Below are positions 1 to 14,270 of a stretch of 64,000 bases of DNA, in pieces. Under the pieces are notes generated by a model. It made no database searches. It had not been told where the DNA came from and saw only the letters and a program-made list of their open reading frames with translations. The DNA is taken from assembly GCA_964234715.1 (NCBI GenBank), contig OZ174277.1; one strand, given 5' to 3'. How positions within the stretch are numbered: position 1 is the stretch's first letter; each line of letters starts with the position of its first letter. Source of the stretch: Podarcis melisellensis (taxonomy: Eukaryota). The position numbers and the translations under genes are program-made.

Positions 1-22
1 TGTAACCTGAGGTACCAATGTA
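1..22. mobile_element. Right end of a Tc1/mariner-type MITE, truncated by the window start
   Basis: tgtaacctgaggtaccaatg-TA matches the end of the MITE at 59339-59586. Confidence 0.7.
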
Positions 23-59
23 TAGAGACTTGCTAACTGTCACCAGAGAGGACGATAAA

Positions 60-1136
60 TTGAAAGAGTATGGAGAGGTAAACAATCACTGGACAGATTG
101 GTTAAGTTACTATAAACTCCCCCAACTTTTAAGTTAGACAAAAAATATGGATTTGCAGAACAGAGTTCACAGTTTGAAAAAGTGGTATCAGGATCCAGGG
201 TCAAAATATTATTTTTAAAAAATGTAAAACTTATTACTTGAGTGGCACACAATGGAGGAAATGGTTGAATCTTAAATGATAAATTGGGCTAGGGATGTGG
301 GGCACAATACTGATTTTGCACTATGGGAACAACTGTAGAAAGTAAACATATAGTTTACAGCATGCTACACACTAAGAGAAAACTTTATGAAGTTGCTGCA
401 TAAGTGGTATCTGACACCAAATACACTAGCAAAAAAGGGCAATTGCTGGAAATGTAAGACAGCAGAGGGATCCGTTTATCACATGTGGTGATTGTGTAGC
501 TTAATTAAAAACTACTGGGAAATTATCTATAATGAACAAAAAAAAATGTTTTAGAAATCCTTCTCTAAAAACCTAGAATCATTGTTGCTGGGGTTAATAA
601 CAACAGAAGTGACAAAAAAGAGAAATTTGTTCCTATATGCTGCACGTATATTACTAGCCCCAAAATGGAAAACAGATAAGGTACCAACAAAAGAAGAATT
701 TCATATTAAATGGTTAGAATATGCAGAGTTAGCAGGGATGACCACTAGAATAAGAAATCAAAATGCTGAAAAATATAAGGAGGACTGGTTATATATATAT
801 ATTTATTGAATATATGAAAAAGTATTATAAACAAACAATTAACCTAGCAAGATGGTAAGATTTTGAGCAGTGTAAGAAAAAACTAAAGTGTATATAAGAA
901 GTTGTGACAGACTGGGTGAATGAAGAAAACATGAGAAAAAGAAGCAAAAGGAACCATGGAAAGAGAGGATGGGAAGACGGTGGAGAAATGATTTCTGGTT
1001 TTCTGTTTATTTTTTTATATCCTAAAATTGTTATTTAATTTCTATTTCAGAGGGGAGTTTTGTGTGTCGTTTGCATTGTTTCCGTTCATTTCTTGGATAT
1101 GGAATTGTGTCAGAAACTCCAATAAATAAATAAAAA
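60..1136 (+). mobile_element. Decayed L1-clade LINE 3' end (ORF2 C-terminus, 3'UTR, A-rich tail)
   Basis: Translation from 363: CYTLRENFMKLLHKWYLTP...CWKCKTAEGSVYHMW*LC (CCHC knuckle with a stop). Tail aataaataaataaaaa at 1121-1136. Confidence 0.85.
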
Positions 1137-3230
1137 GGAGTGGAGGAAAGGCGATTGTTGGCAAAAAGTTGTGCCTTTCCTCCATTTGCAGACATACAGC
1201 CCCCGTTAGCAGCTCTTTGTTTTTAAAGAGTGTTGTTGAAATGACACAGATCTCTGTGTTGTGTGCAGTTTGGCCCTCAGGCCTGTACCTACTTTCCAGT
1301 GATCAAAGGTCTAAGTGTGTTATCAGTCATAAACCAGACCAGTTGAAAAGAATAACGTTGTTTTCTCAGTCTTCAAAGCATGAACATTACAAAATCACGT
1401 GGGATGGCTTGCTTGCAAGAACAATGGTTACAAATTGAAAGGGATGGATTAATATGCTAAATAAACCTCTTAAAAATGAAAGTTAATCTTAAACGCATCA
1501 AGCAAGTGAAAGGTATAATAAGATTACAATAGGAAAATAAACTTAACGTGGAGAGATGATTCCTAGCTTTTCTTTTTTTAAAAAAAAGCAACCTCAATTA
1601 ATTGTTCTTAAAATGTTTCGAAGATTACGTTAGCAGTTAAGAAATAGGAAGCTGAGTTTAAAACAGAAATGATTTATAATTTAAAATAAGAGATCAAGAC
1701 TAGTTTTAGCTTCGTCAAGGCTAGTCATACGTTACCAAAGAACAGCTATGTTCTTGCTTCCATTGAAGTTTCTTCTCAGAAGTCCCAGAGTAACTAATAG
1801 AAGTCAGTCGCTGCTTTTCCCTTCTATTGAATGAGCCCAACTTCTCTTCCCTCCGTCTCATTTCTCTTGTCTTTCCCCATGCCTACCTTTTAACATTTAA
1901 AAAAATGCATGTTTGATCAATCACCCGCCAGATATTGATCTTGATCCTAGAGAGGATTTGGTATATGTGACACGAACATGATGTATATGCTTCTATAGTG
2001 AAACAGCTCCTATTACATATATTTGAATGCACCCTAATTGAATATAGTCCCAACCACACTTCTCAGATGGCAAAAGCATACAAACTAAGGATAGCAATTG
2101 AGTAGCTAGTTATATCTCACCAAAAAAGAGAGATGAAATATTCCACCAAAATCAGGGGGGAGGGTGGGACTTGCATAAAATTGGTATGTGCTAGTTTATA
2201 CCTATATAAATTATATAGGTATCGCAGCGGAATGGGGAAGAATAATATCCGATGACCAGCATGCCTGTAGATTGCCTTGCAAGATTGTTTTCTTTAAAAG
2301 GCAAGGAATATAAACCATGAATGCATGAATAAAATGTGGGGAGGCAAGGGAAATTGGTTTATGGTGAACATTAGCAAAGGAAGTTGGTATGTCTTTAAGG
2401 CTACAATCCTGGGATTATGTGGCATTGAAATCAGTGGGACTGAGTGGGCATATATAGGAAAGATTGTACTTTTAGTAGTTTATGTGCAGTGTTGTGGTAC
2501 AGTAGTTGCAGGAGAAGAGAAGAGACAGTCTTGTGCCACTGAATAAGAGAAGTGCATGGAGCTTAGGAACTTGGGTTAAGCACTTTATTTGCTGATATTT
2601 GCTGATATTTGATCTTATTGTCTACTATAATATTCTAATGAATTATTGAATATTGTTGTTATCTGAAAGTTATGTTTTTATCACAAACTTTTTGTACTGA
2701 ATCAGTAATATAGAAAGGGGGCATACAAATTAAAAGTAAAATGAAATCAAACCAGATATTTGGAGCTGAAGTTCCATGGCTATCAACTGCACTGCATTTA
2801 TATGGAACAGATACACTCAGGTTTGTAATGTAACACTGCTTCCTATTACACAGATCAAGTAATGCTGGAGAGGGCAATCTGCTCCACTGAAGTCATATTA
2901 AACAAAGTAAGGGTGGTTTTTAAGGCACATCTGAGAGGCTGCAGTGATAGCGGGCTTAATGTTGTTTGCTCTCTCCATTTATTGTAAAAGAGACTGACTA
3001 AATATCCTCTGTTCGATTAACAACAACACTCTCAATCTCACTCCAGTCTAAAATGACCTTTGTAAAACTATACCAGTGGTCTGAATTCTAATTACACCAG
3101 AATTGATTTCCCTCCCTCCCCTGGGTACAAATGGGAGAACATACACTTAACTTTATAGACCAAAATAACAACTATGTATTATTACATATACATAATTATG
3201 TAGTCAATGTGTTTATGGAACCAAAAAAGG

Positions 3231-3281
<51 letters not shown>
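3231..3281. repeat. (ATT)17 microsatellite
   Basis: Read directly. Confidence 0.98.
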
Positions 3282-4814
3282 GGGGTGAATTATCAAATTC
3301 AATCATCACTAGATTTTCACACCTAGATTTGGTTTTGATTTGTCAGCCAATGTTTGGCAGCTTTAATATTCCAAGAATATTATGTGAGCTCTGCCTTTCC
3401 AATAGAGCTTTGTTACCTAAACAGGGTTGCCATCTTTTTAAAAGCCAAAAAGGAGAGGTCACACATTACATTCAATGGATGTTGAGTCTGAATACACAAA
3501 TAGTTTAGCTCGTACGGTTACTGACATGTACCGTTCAACAAGTGTACAGCGTATGTACCTCTGTACACAACAGTTGAGCAGTATAAACCAACAAGTGTAC
3601 GCTCTTTCACACGAACACTTATGTGTAGAGGTAGTTTGTACCTGTGTTCAGTGTAACATGTGAACAAACTTAGAAATTATGGTCCCTGGGTAGGGCCTTG
3701 GAAGTAGGCCCTCTGAATCCAGAGGCAGAGCTCAGAGCATGTCTAGAAGTGGAAATATTAGGACTGGCTCTGCCCTCAGGCAAAGCGAGGGAGCTGCCTC
3801 AGAGAGCTGATTTTGTGAATCTTATTTATTTGCAGAATGTGCATCTTACTTTGGGGGGGGGGGGGCAAATCTCCCAACTTGGTTTACTACAACCAAGACA
3901 GTCCCTGCCCTCAGGCTTACATCTTAAAAAGGCACAACACAAAAGGGCAATGGATTGGGGAGGAAGGAGGAAACACATAATTCAGAGCAAGCACCGTCCT
4001 CTCCCCCTTCAGGCAAGGATCATGGCCCACAAAGAGTATTCTCATTCGAAAAAATTAGACAGAGAATCTAGGCTCTTTCCAGTGATCAAATATTAAATTT
4101 AGTAGATTGGAGCCTGAGTGGGAAATAGTGGTGAAATATAAGTCTAGGGATACAATTTAAGCAACAGTAATTTGCAAGGATTAATAGTGCAGATTCAGAC
4201 ACATGTACTCAGAAATAAGCCCCACTGAGCTCAGTTGGTCTTACTCTCTAATAAGTGTGATTAGGCTTGAATTTTCAGTGTGCTAAAGTAGTTTAGGTTA
4301 GAAGTTAGTGCAAAGCAACAGACTAGCAGGGTTTGCTATCTCACCTTACAGCTCAGTAACTCATCTGCGTTCGTTCTGTTTATTCAAACATACCAGATGC
4401 CTGAGGAGCCCTTCGAATTTAAATCATAGGCATGCAGGGCTAAAAGGAATTTGGAAATAATACAGGCAAGAGTTGCCCGACACAAAATGACAATGCACTG
4501 GCAGAGTCATTGTGACAAAGTATAACATTTCTCTCATTAGACAGCAGGGGGGTCCCAGATAAAGAAGGCGACAGTTAACACACTGAACCATACTAGCTAC
4601 TAAGTCCCCAAACGCTATGCAGGTGCTATTGTTTTTTTTAAAAAAAACGTACCCTGCTTTCCTCTCCATAAAGAAGTTTTCTGAAGCAGCTTACAAATAT
4701 AAAAGCAAACATCAGAAATTCCTCTGGGGAATGTGAGACAGCAATACAGGAGCAGATGCTTGGGAAGGAGGATTCTGCTTAGAAGCCTTGCTTCAGAGCT
4801 CCCTGGGAAAGAAC

Positions 4815-4948
4815 AGACGGCCCATGTTCAGCTGCTGAAATATCAAGGCAAAGCTGGGAAAGAGTCATGCTGGAAACCCAGAGGGGCTTCTGCCAGTCAG
4901 TGCAGGTGTTGAGCTAGATGGAGCAAAGTTCTAAGGCAGCTTCCTATG
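4815..4948 (+). mobile_element. Squam3-like tRNA-derived SINE relic
   Basis: gctgggaaaga...ctgccagtcagtg...gagctagatgga...aaggcagcttcctatgt; reverse-complement similarity to 52745-52921. Confidence 0.6.
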
Positions 4949-5205
4949 TGGTGGTGAGATGGAAGAAAAGGGCAGCTAAATCAAAAGAGTTTCAGATGAT
5001 TTATTGGCAAAATATATCCCTTCTCCAGAATTCCATCTGCAGGTCAGATTATGGAAACCCTATGCTTTAATACAGAAGAACCAATAGCACATGAGTGTCA
5101 TGGCAATCCTGGTGTGTGGCAGTCTGAACACTTCAGATAATGGAGGACTTTCAGTGAATTCACTCCTTTCTTTCAAAATAACCAGTTCCCACAATCATTT
5201 GAAGC

Positions 5206-5412
5206 AGGCATGTCCAAAGTCCGTCTTGGGGGTCCAATCCGGCCTGCCAGTCGGCTAAATCCGGCCCCTGTGGCAGTTTATTTCCTGGGGTAAAATCCTC
5301 AATGACTTCAATCCTAAGAAAAGGTTAACAACAAAGGTTGGCCCTTTGGCTGGCTCTCACAGCCCTTCACTTCAGTAAATCTGGCCCTCTTTGAAAAAAG
5401 TTTGGACACCAC
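5206..5412. mobile_element. hAT-like MITE relic
   Basis: Imperfect terminal inverted repeats caggcatgtccaaagt / agtttggacaccact; internal cggccc motifs. Confidence 0.55.
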
Positions 5413-6374
5413 TATGAAGTAGTGAAGCTAAGCAGCTCTGGTCCTGTATGTTGCTTGGATTACAGCCCTCCTAAAAACCAAACGTAGGCCAATCTGAGCC
5501 CCACAGAGGAAGAGCTGAGGATGTGAAATACATCAAAGAAGAATGATTCTTTTGCACAGACACCAAATTTGGGTTGGTGTTGGGAAGCAGCCTTGACAAA
5601 TAAAATTTAGGGAACAGATGGATCTGAACTGGCACAATATCTAAATCAAATCTAAATTTTGAATTCGGAACTTCAAAATTTGAACTTCTGCACTCCAAAA
5701 TGTCAAATTATAAAGCAGAATTACTTTCCACCCTCCAATTTTTTTTCAGTCCTAGCAACCACTTTCCTCTTGTGCTGGAGCCCTGCAGGACTTCATCTCA
5801 TTACTAGACATACATGGATGCTAGTGGAGATAGGAAAGCAACAGGAAATGAAGTGTGAATGGACAGCAGATACACAAGACTAAATCACACCTGGACTTAG
5901 CAGCCTCTTTGATTTCCCATGGACTCAGAGACGTAAATGGGAATGAACTGGCTGAAATTCAACCATCACAAAATAATAGATGTTGACAGGTAGGGGAATT
6001 GCTTGAAAGAATGAGCAATGGGCATACATAAGATTATGCCTAAATCTTGCCAGCATTTTGTTTAAGTAGTCAAGAGGTCCAGTGTCTATCAGTGAAGGTG
6101 CTCCATATAAGACATAATGCAATACATGTCTAACTATGCCATCCAGTAATCTTTGTCAGAGTAATTTGCTGTCTGAAAGCAGTTAATTCATATAGCAATG
6201 GTTACAGGTGATGAATATTTGGACATGGCCACATATTGACTCCCTGCGCTGCTAATTCAGTCTGAAGATGATACCTAGGAAACAAAATCTAACTGGAGCT
6301 TGGCGAGGGTCTCTTCAGATGTACCAAACATCACCATAGTTGACAAATGTGATTTTTTGGTGAAATTTCCTACT

Positions 6375-6508
6375 TAGAATCGTAGAGTTGGAAGGGACTC
6401 TGAGGATCATCTAGTCCAATCTGCTGCAATGCAGGAAGATGCCATTGTCTCATACGGGGATCAAACCTGCAACCGTAGCATTATCAGCACCATGCTCTAA
6501 CCAACTGG
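6375..6508 (-). mobile_element. Short tRNA-head/CR1-tail SINE (POM-like)
   Basis: tagaatcgtagagttggaaggga...ctagtccaa tail plus a tRNA-like head. Related copies at 45431-45560 and 46590-46714. Confidence 0.6.
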
Positions 6509-7287
6509 CAATTGCTTGCTTTTTTGCCAGAACAACAGACAAACCACAGGATTCAATCTGGGAGAGCATTTCTTGTGAAGCATCCTAATTCTACACTGAC
6601 GTCATTTTAATATAGTCCAGCCTAGCCCAACTTGGTGCTCTCCAGATGTTTCAGATTACAATTTACATCAGCCACAGCCAATTGAACTAGAAAGCTGATC
6701 TAGAACACTACCAGGGTCCATGCCTGGATCGTTTAAATCCCATGGCAGAAATATGACGAAAGATAGAATCTCCCAGACTCTTCACAGAGTGGAATTGTAC
6801 CATTTAGACCTCTCAGAATGTCTGAGTTTTGTGAAAGAGCCTAGTTATCTTCCCCAAACAAACAAAAAGCTATTGCACCCTAGGAGCATATTCATCATCA
6901 TTTTATTTTATGCCGCCTTTCCTCAGTTAAAAACAATGCTCAAGGCGGCTTACAACATGACAAGATTTACATAATTACAAAAGTCATAAACAATAAATAA
7001 ACCACATCAAAAAAAATACACAACGAAATGGAAAACAATTTCCACATAAATCAAAATCTAAAATGAAGGATAAAGCATTAATATCACAGTTTAAAATGAC
7101 ATAGGTAAAAAATAACAGCATTTTTTAAAAACAACAACAACAAAAAAACAAAAAAACGAGCCCTCTCTGCCCAGCAGCAGCAGCGGCAGCAGTCCTTTAT
7201 GGAGCCTGTCAGGCCCCGCTCTAGGCCAGGTGGTGAGTGGCAGGACTGGGGCCCTCAGGATGCTACAGTAACTCCTAAATATAGATT

Positions 7288-7804
7288 CAGGTAAGTAGCC
7301 ATGTCAGTCTGACACAGTCGAAAAAAAAAAAAATTGTATCTGAATAAGTATGCATGCACATGAAAGCTTATACCCAGAACAAACTAGTTGGTCTCTAAGG
7401 TAAAAGGTAAAGGTAAAGGTACCCCTGCCCGTGCGGGCCAGTCTTGACAGACTCTGGGGTTGTGCGCCCATCTCACTTAAGAGGCCAGGGGCCAGCGCTG
7501 TCCGGAGACACTTCCGGGTCACGTGGCCAGTGTGACATCGCTGCTCTGGCGAGCCAGAGCTGCACACGGAAACGCCGTTTACCTTCCCGCTAGTAAGCGG
7601 TCCCTATTTATCTACTTGCACCCGGGGGTGCTTTCGAACTGCTAGGTTGGCAGGCGCTGGGACCGAGCAACGGGAGCGCACCCCGCCACGGGGATTCGAA
7701 CCGCCGACCTTTCGATCGGCAAGCCCTAGGCACTGAGGCTTTTACCCACAGCGCCACCCGCGTCCCTGGTCTCTAAGGTGCTACTGGACAATTTTTTTAT
7801 TTAT
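7288..7804. mobile_element. Penelope-like element relic, host of a nested Sauria SINE
   Basis: 15-bp flanking direct repeat TCCTAAATATAGATT (7273-7287, 7805-7819). Terminal motif gaaagctta...gttggtctctaaggtgctactgg. Inverted aaaaattgt / acaattttt arrangement. Confidence 0.65.
7402..7766 (-). mobile_element. Full-length Sauria SINE
   Basis: 5' GGGACGCGGGTGGCGCTGTGG, B-box GGTTCGAATCC, (ACCTTT)n tail. Perfect 13-bp TSD TGGTCTCTAAGGT (7389-7401, 7767-7779). Confidence 0.95.
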
Positions 7805-9669
7805 TCCTAAATATAGATTTACATTCCCATCCACATCTAAAGAGGCATCCAGCCAATTCAATGGACTCCAGATGATGAGCATCTCCAATTACACATCTGT
7901 ACGAGCATCTGCATCAGCTACACACACAAAACCTGGCTTCTACATGATCTACCTTGTGGTTTTGGGTGCCGTTCTTTCTCTTTTCAATCATAAAAGTAAA
8001 TGTTCTATTATTATTTGTACTAGTACCTAAAAATACTTTTAGATTTACAACTGTGCAGACAATGTATCTTAATGTTCAGGAGGATATCGAGGTCTAAAGA
8101 AAATAATAGTATATAGATTGGACACAATAATCAATTGCTCACCAGACACCAGAAAGAAAATAATACCATACATTTATTATTCAAATAAATCATTCTTCTA
8201 GAATTACTTCAGGAAAAACATGTATCCCACTTTTTTATGTTTTATTAGTACATTCCAGTCAGAAGCCATCTAAGGAGGAGAAAATAATTCATTAAACAAT
8301 CAAGGAGACATTTGTAAGTCAAGGACTTATTATTATCCAGACTTGAGGAAACATACAAGTCTTCAAAAATATATTACGTTTTTATCTATTCCAGTTAAGT
8401 TGTTTTACATAAGAGAGAGGAATTTAATCCGACTGATCTATCTCTGTAGCAGCTCAAGGGGAAAGCAATTCAGATTCACTATAATCTGAGTAATAGGTTC
8501 AATGCTAGCTTCCTCTTATCATAGGGAAAGGAGCCGTTTTCATTTCACAGTTTATGGTGCCTTCCCTATAGTTAGCTTCTCCCTGATGGCCAGACATAAC
8601 AGAAGTTCTATTAGTGAAGTCTTTTGCACTTGTGGCTTACGCTAGAGTGGAGCCACCACCCGTGCTTAGCTGAAGTGTGAACACAGCCTCTTGGGGAATA
8701 ATAGACACTAAATCCTTCATAATTAGATCTCATTGAGGAGGTGAAAATGAAACACTTGCTAGTTGGCTCACTGAATTCTCCCCCAAATCTGGCACATTTG
8801 ACTCTCCCAAACTATAGAGATGGACAAAAGGGTCTTCTTCTTGGTCCTTCGTTCAATACACACATTTATTTACCGTATATCCCAGCTTTCCTCTGTGGTG
8901 CTTAAGGTGGCATATTTGGTTCCCTTCCTGCACATGGTGTCCTCACAACCATGGTAGGTTAGGTTGAAGAGATGGTGATTGGCCCAAGGTCACTCAAAGA
9001 ACTTCCTTCATGGTCTCCCATGGTCGCCCAACACTAACCACTGCTCCACACTGGCTCTCAGTTAATACATAAATAGCTCCCAGCACAACACATCTAAGCT
9101 ATGTGGGGAATGAATGTCATGTTTGACCTAAGTACAGGGATGACTCAAGGTCTTTTGCCTCCTGATGAATGACCTAGACCATTCCATGCAAGACAGCTGC
9201 CCACTTCCTATTTCAATTGTTTCCCCTCCTGCTGCATCTTGCTATAGCCAACCTCAAGTCTTTCTGGAGGGTCCCTGATCCTGGCATGCATGTGCAGGAT
9301 TAGTTGAGAGAATCAAGTCAGCAAACCGCCCCCCCCCCCGTGCAATCAGGGTTCTCCCATCAAGCCTACTTTGCTGCCCTATCAAAAGGCAGCCTGATTG
9401 CATGGAGAGATCAATGTTTACATATTCATGTGAACATTCTTCTCTCAAGAAAACGATTTGAATGAACAAATCGTGCAGGATGCATTTTGAGAAAAGTGGT
9501 GATTTATGCTTCTCAGCTCCCTGACACTGAAATGAAGAGAAAGAACCCACAGAGAGTCAACATAGGGCTTATGCACACTAAACTTTTCCCCATGCTTCCA
9601 GGATGGCCGTAAAGAGTGGGTTTTTGGGAGGAAAGCTCCAGAACATTCAGACATGGAGCTTCAAGGCAT

Positions 9670-9915
9670 GGACCATGCCTGCAAAGCATGGAGGAAAGCT
9701 AAGTGTGGATAGTGGCTGGGAGGAGCGCAGAGAGAAGAAACGCCAGGGTGCATCTGCACAACTGGGTGCCTACATCTGCCCCAGCTGCAACAAAACATGT
9801 TTCTCCCGCATCAGTCTCTACAGCCACAGCAGGTGCTGCAACCGTCCAACAGCTTGACCTCATCCCCAAAGGCACACTCCTCTATTGTTTCCTGAGACAG
9901 CCAGATGCCAACAAG
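9670..9915 (+). mobile_element. RTE-clade LINE 3' fragment
   Basis: EERREKKRQ...YICPSCNKTCFSRISLYSHSRCC C-terminal zinc-finger-like motif followed by a short 3'UTR. Confidence 0.7.
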
Positions 9916-12900
9916 AGAGGCTGGAGTGTTGGCATGATAACCAGAGACAGGGATGGATTAAAATTCTCATTCTCAGTCATAAAATGCATTGTGGGATTTT
10001 CAGCTAGACACTTAGTTTCAGCCTAACTGGCCCTCCCTACAGGGTTCTTGTATAAGGATAAGGGGGAAGCTATGTGCTTTTCTGAGTTACCTGGAAGGAA
10101 AAACAGAATATGGATAATTTAGATTGCAATGGAAATAAATCTGTGACAAAATAGACCTCAATTAATAGGAACTTTTAATGGTATGTGTAAATTCTCGTGT
10201 TTATTGTGGACAAGAACAGAAACCCAAAATTGTCAGGAGCAGTAGGAACATCTAGGTGCTCTTGGTCTGTGGAATAGGGACTCCAGTATTGCCATCGCAC
10301 CTCTTCCAGGTTGAAACACATGTGTGGGAGAAGGAGCATAAGCAACTGAGAACATCAAGGTCTGGAACATCTGCCCTGCCTTGTTGATGGCTTAATAATG
10401 GGTTATATTCTCCTTCTTGGCTGCTACTGAATGGAATGTGCTAATAAAACATTATAAAAAAGCAGGTAATTGTTTAGTCTTATTTTCTTGCTGGTATCTG
10501 GTGAGCAATGGATTATTGTGCCCTTATCTTAGTTTGGCTGAGTTACAGCTACTTTCTGGGAACTAATCTGGAAGGCTGCTGCTGGCCTTGGAACGAAGCA
10601 ACAGCATCAGCATCAACCACAGCAGGAGAAACATCTGCTCTTGGGTGAAGGTATTGTCATCTCAACTCCCCCACATACAACCATTCCTGTGAGAACAGTG
10701 TCCAGTGGCTAAGAGCATCAAGGCTTGTAGAATCTGCTCTGCCCACTCTGGAGGTGTTTTCATGCTGAGAGAAGCAGCACCATCAACTGGGCCAATGCCA
10801 GAAGGTAGACCCACCCTGTCCCCATGAATGATGTAGTCAACTATAGGGCCTGGATTTCCGGGTCGGGGTGGTTTACAATTACTGGGCCAACGTGGCTCCA
10901 AAAAGACTCAGCACCCGGTGGAGAGGTGCAGTAGTTGGCTAATCCCTCATTCAGCAAGAGGGAAACTCACTGTTGCTTTGCCTTTGTCAGTAGACAAGCA
11001 TGTATCCTCAGGTATAGAAAAATCAATAGTAAGAGTCCTTACTGATCTCATTATACTCGCTCCATTTAGGTGAGCGACTCAAAATGAGTAAACCGAACAC
11101 TTTTATTGGACTAATTTCCATTCAGGACCAAAATATGCACACTTGCAAGCGGCAGAGAACTCATCTCCAGGCAGAATGAGGAAAAAGCTAATTCTCAACT
11201 GCGTACAGAGTAATGGTGCTAATGCTAATACCTTTTAGTCATTTCCGGTAGATGGTGTCCCAATTACAAAACTTTTAGCACATCAAATTGTTGTTTACAA
11301 TATATTAACCAGCAGGGGGGTTACGGGCTTATGTAATGACCCAAGAAACTATTTGCAGCATAGCGTTTAGCCAAGGTAATCCATGTGATCAGTGAACCTC
11401 CGTGTATCTGAAGGAAGCAGAAGCAGAGTGGCAAGGGAGCTGTGAAAGGAGAGATTGCATTGCCAGGAATAGATTTCAGGCCTGACCCTTGAGATTCCTT
11501 GGGCCTCAGTAAAGCAGGCACTCTCTCCTTTAGTCATCTGTAGTTTCACAGCTTCCAAACGGGGATCAAGGTTGTGTCTGTTGTCTTCCTTTACCAACCT
11601 GGCACCCTCCAGATGTTTTGGATTATAACAGCTGTGTTGACTGGGAGTTGTAGTCCATCAGGTTGGCAGACTTCATTTTGTGATGCATTTCTAGGCACTG
11701 GTCTGCATTTTCTCCCATTTGCTCTGATTCAGCAGTAAAATGGGGGTTTTCCCAGGGAAAGTGCCAGGACACGAAAACAGCTGTTTGGACACAGAGCTTT
11801 AAAGCACGGACCTGTGTCTCAAAAGCATGGCACGAAAGCTTGTAACAATGGCTTGAGAGCAAGAATCCTGCCCTCAGTAACTCCTACCAACTATAAATTT
11901 ACTTAATCATGAGTATACTCGGTTTTAAAAACAGCTGCCCTAACTCTCAGTTCATTTCTAAAAGTGTGTTTGCATAGATAAACATCTGACAGGGCCAGAC
12001 TGCAATAGCCACCCTTTGCTGTCCTTAGATCTCGAAATCAGCCCCTCAATTTGCAGGTTCCACATAAGTTACCTCAAACAATATGGAGACATAATGTATC
12101 AGTGTTTTAGAATTTAGCGAGAATTTGGTTTATAAAGATAGTTTAGAGCACCACTAAGAAGTTAAATGCCAAACTCATTTCCAAAGAGCCAGTTTTATCA
12201 TCCTGTCACCTATGCCATGGCCCTGCCAAGCACATCCCTTGTCAACTGTCCAGACCTTGGCAAGAGTACGTTTCTGAACAACTGCAGCAGTATCACAAGG
12301 GACGTCCTTAAAAGGGGGTGTGTGTGCAAATTATCATGTCCTTACTAATGTGTAGTAACACATCTTGATCCTACAAATAACATGTGGAATCCCACATGCA
12401 GAAGTGGAAAGGAAAAGCCCCTCAGTACACATGGTCAATAGAAGGATCAGGAGCACAGCTGACCAGTCCCCTCAGGGGGGTCCTCTGTCCTCCTCATATT
12501 AAGGCTGTATAAGAGTTATAATTTCCTGAGAAATTCTAATTTCCTGTAGCAAAATGCACTTTGATGAACAGAATCCAAAGCTGAGGGAGTTTATCATTCA
12601 AATGTGTTCTTTGATGAAAAGACCCAGCAGAGACCAAATAAAAAGACAAGAGGTCAGTGAAAGGAGGGTGTGTGTCTATTTTGCTTTTGAATGTTTGTTG
12701 ACCTTTGTACATGAAACACTTATCTTATTAGTATGTTCGGCATTGCACAGCAGAAAGCAGTGCTTTTTCCACAAAGGCCTTTGTAATGAGGGGCTCTAAA
12801 AAGACTTTCAGCAGTGTGGCAAGTTCCCTCAGAGGCTTGGCAAGAATCTGAGGTGCGCAGGTCACCATTTCTAGAAGCAGAAGACATCTGGTTTATTGGA

Positions 12901-14000
12901 AGTGACACCCAGATCACAGTTAAGAAAGCCACTTAGGAGGATTAGTCGCTGCTCATTTGTGCCTTTTGGATCTTTTCTCATTCAGAAGTTGTGTTAATAA
13001 TCATCCTCTTTGCAACCTAAAGGAAGGGAAGCACTGGGGAATGGGATTTGCAAAAAATGCAGGGCAAAGGAAAGGGTGTACGATAAGCCTGAAAAATGTG
13101 TGATCTACCAAGCAGGCATGGAAACTTAACAGGCTTGACAAACTTCCCACCAGCGCTGGCCTGCCTGTGTGAGACGTCTCAGGCTATGATTTGTATCTGG
13201 TGGGCTGTGTCAGGCTTCATGGCATACACATTTTGCAGGCCTGAGGTAAAAAACAAAAGTTGTAGGACAATGAATGTGTAGTGAAGAGGCCCTATCTTAG
13301 CCCCTTACTCTGCCTTTTATGTTGGTTACACCAAATTGTGCCAAGAAAGAAAATAGCTATTCCTTATGAATAGGAAGAAGGAAGATGGCTCCATTCCAGA
13401 AAGCTTGGATGACCAGGAACACATTTGAAAAGCAATAGGGCTTTCATTGTATATGGGCCAAAGCACTAAATTTCTGGCTTTCCTCAGATCTTTTGTACTT
13501 GTTCCCAGGAAACAGAAAATACGGGCAAGGACATAGCTAAGTGGTAGAGCTCTTTGTGGGATGTATCCAGAGATATGCTTGTGGAAGACGTGCCGACGGT
13601 ATCGATGTTCCAAGAACTGCTGCACAATAATTAGCAGAAGTAACTGTACAACACAAGACTCTTATGCTAACTTGTGGCGGGGGGGGGGGTGCTCTCATGC
13701 ATAGAAGAGGCTTTCTGTCCATGGAAGGACTCCTGAAGACTTAAACTTAATTCAGGGGTTGCTGACACTGGAAGGCTAGTAGGCTCATTTGGAATTTTGA
13801 GCAGGTGCTAAGGGTGCCAATCACAAAATGGCAGCCATGGGCAGTGTAGGATAACAGAAAATGGCTGCTAGAGCTAAAAGAGAGGAGAGGAAAATGGTTT
13901 GGGCACGCCCCCTCCAATCAGCTGCCCCATAAATGGTCAGGAAGGAGGGAGCCACCGCCATTAGTCACTGCCACATTTTGTGCCTCTGATCTATTCAGAA

Positions 14001-14270
14001 CATAGAATCAAAGAATCTTAGAGTTGGAAAGGACCTTGGGGGTGGGGGGAATCCCAATTAAAGCATCCATGACAGATAACCTCTGCTAAAAAAAACCTCC
14101 AAGGAAGGAGAGACCACTACTTCTTGTGGGAGTCTGTTCCACTGCCGAACAGCTCTTACTGTCAGAAATGTTTTCCCCTGAAAGTTTAGTCGGAATCTCC
14201 TTTCTTGTAAATTGAAGGCATTGCCTCGAGTCCTACCCTCCAGAGCAGGAGAAAAGATGGAGCACATCCA
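14001..14270 (-). mobile_element. CR1 LINE 3' end
   Basis: EGRTRGNAFNLQERRFRLN...FLTVRAVRQWNRLPQEVV.SPSLEVF, and a gattctatg tail. Confidence 0.9.

Noticed and set aside
3131-3508. 125-aa ORF with poly-Tyr
   Set aside because: Produced by the (ATT)n microsatellite; no recognisable protein.
7304-7567. Near-identical small ORFs at 7304, 21888, 38831 and 48431 as a gene family
   Set aside because: All are translations of Sauria SINE copies.
9703-9857. Zinc-finger gene exon
   Set aside because: Matches an RTE LINE C-terminus followed by its 3'UTR; no splice context.
12850-13300. Unique, moderately GC-rich stretch as an enhancer or conserved element (similar stretches at ~11.4 and ~15.7 kb)
   Set aside because: Cannot be supported without alignment or chromatin data.
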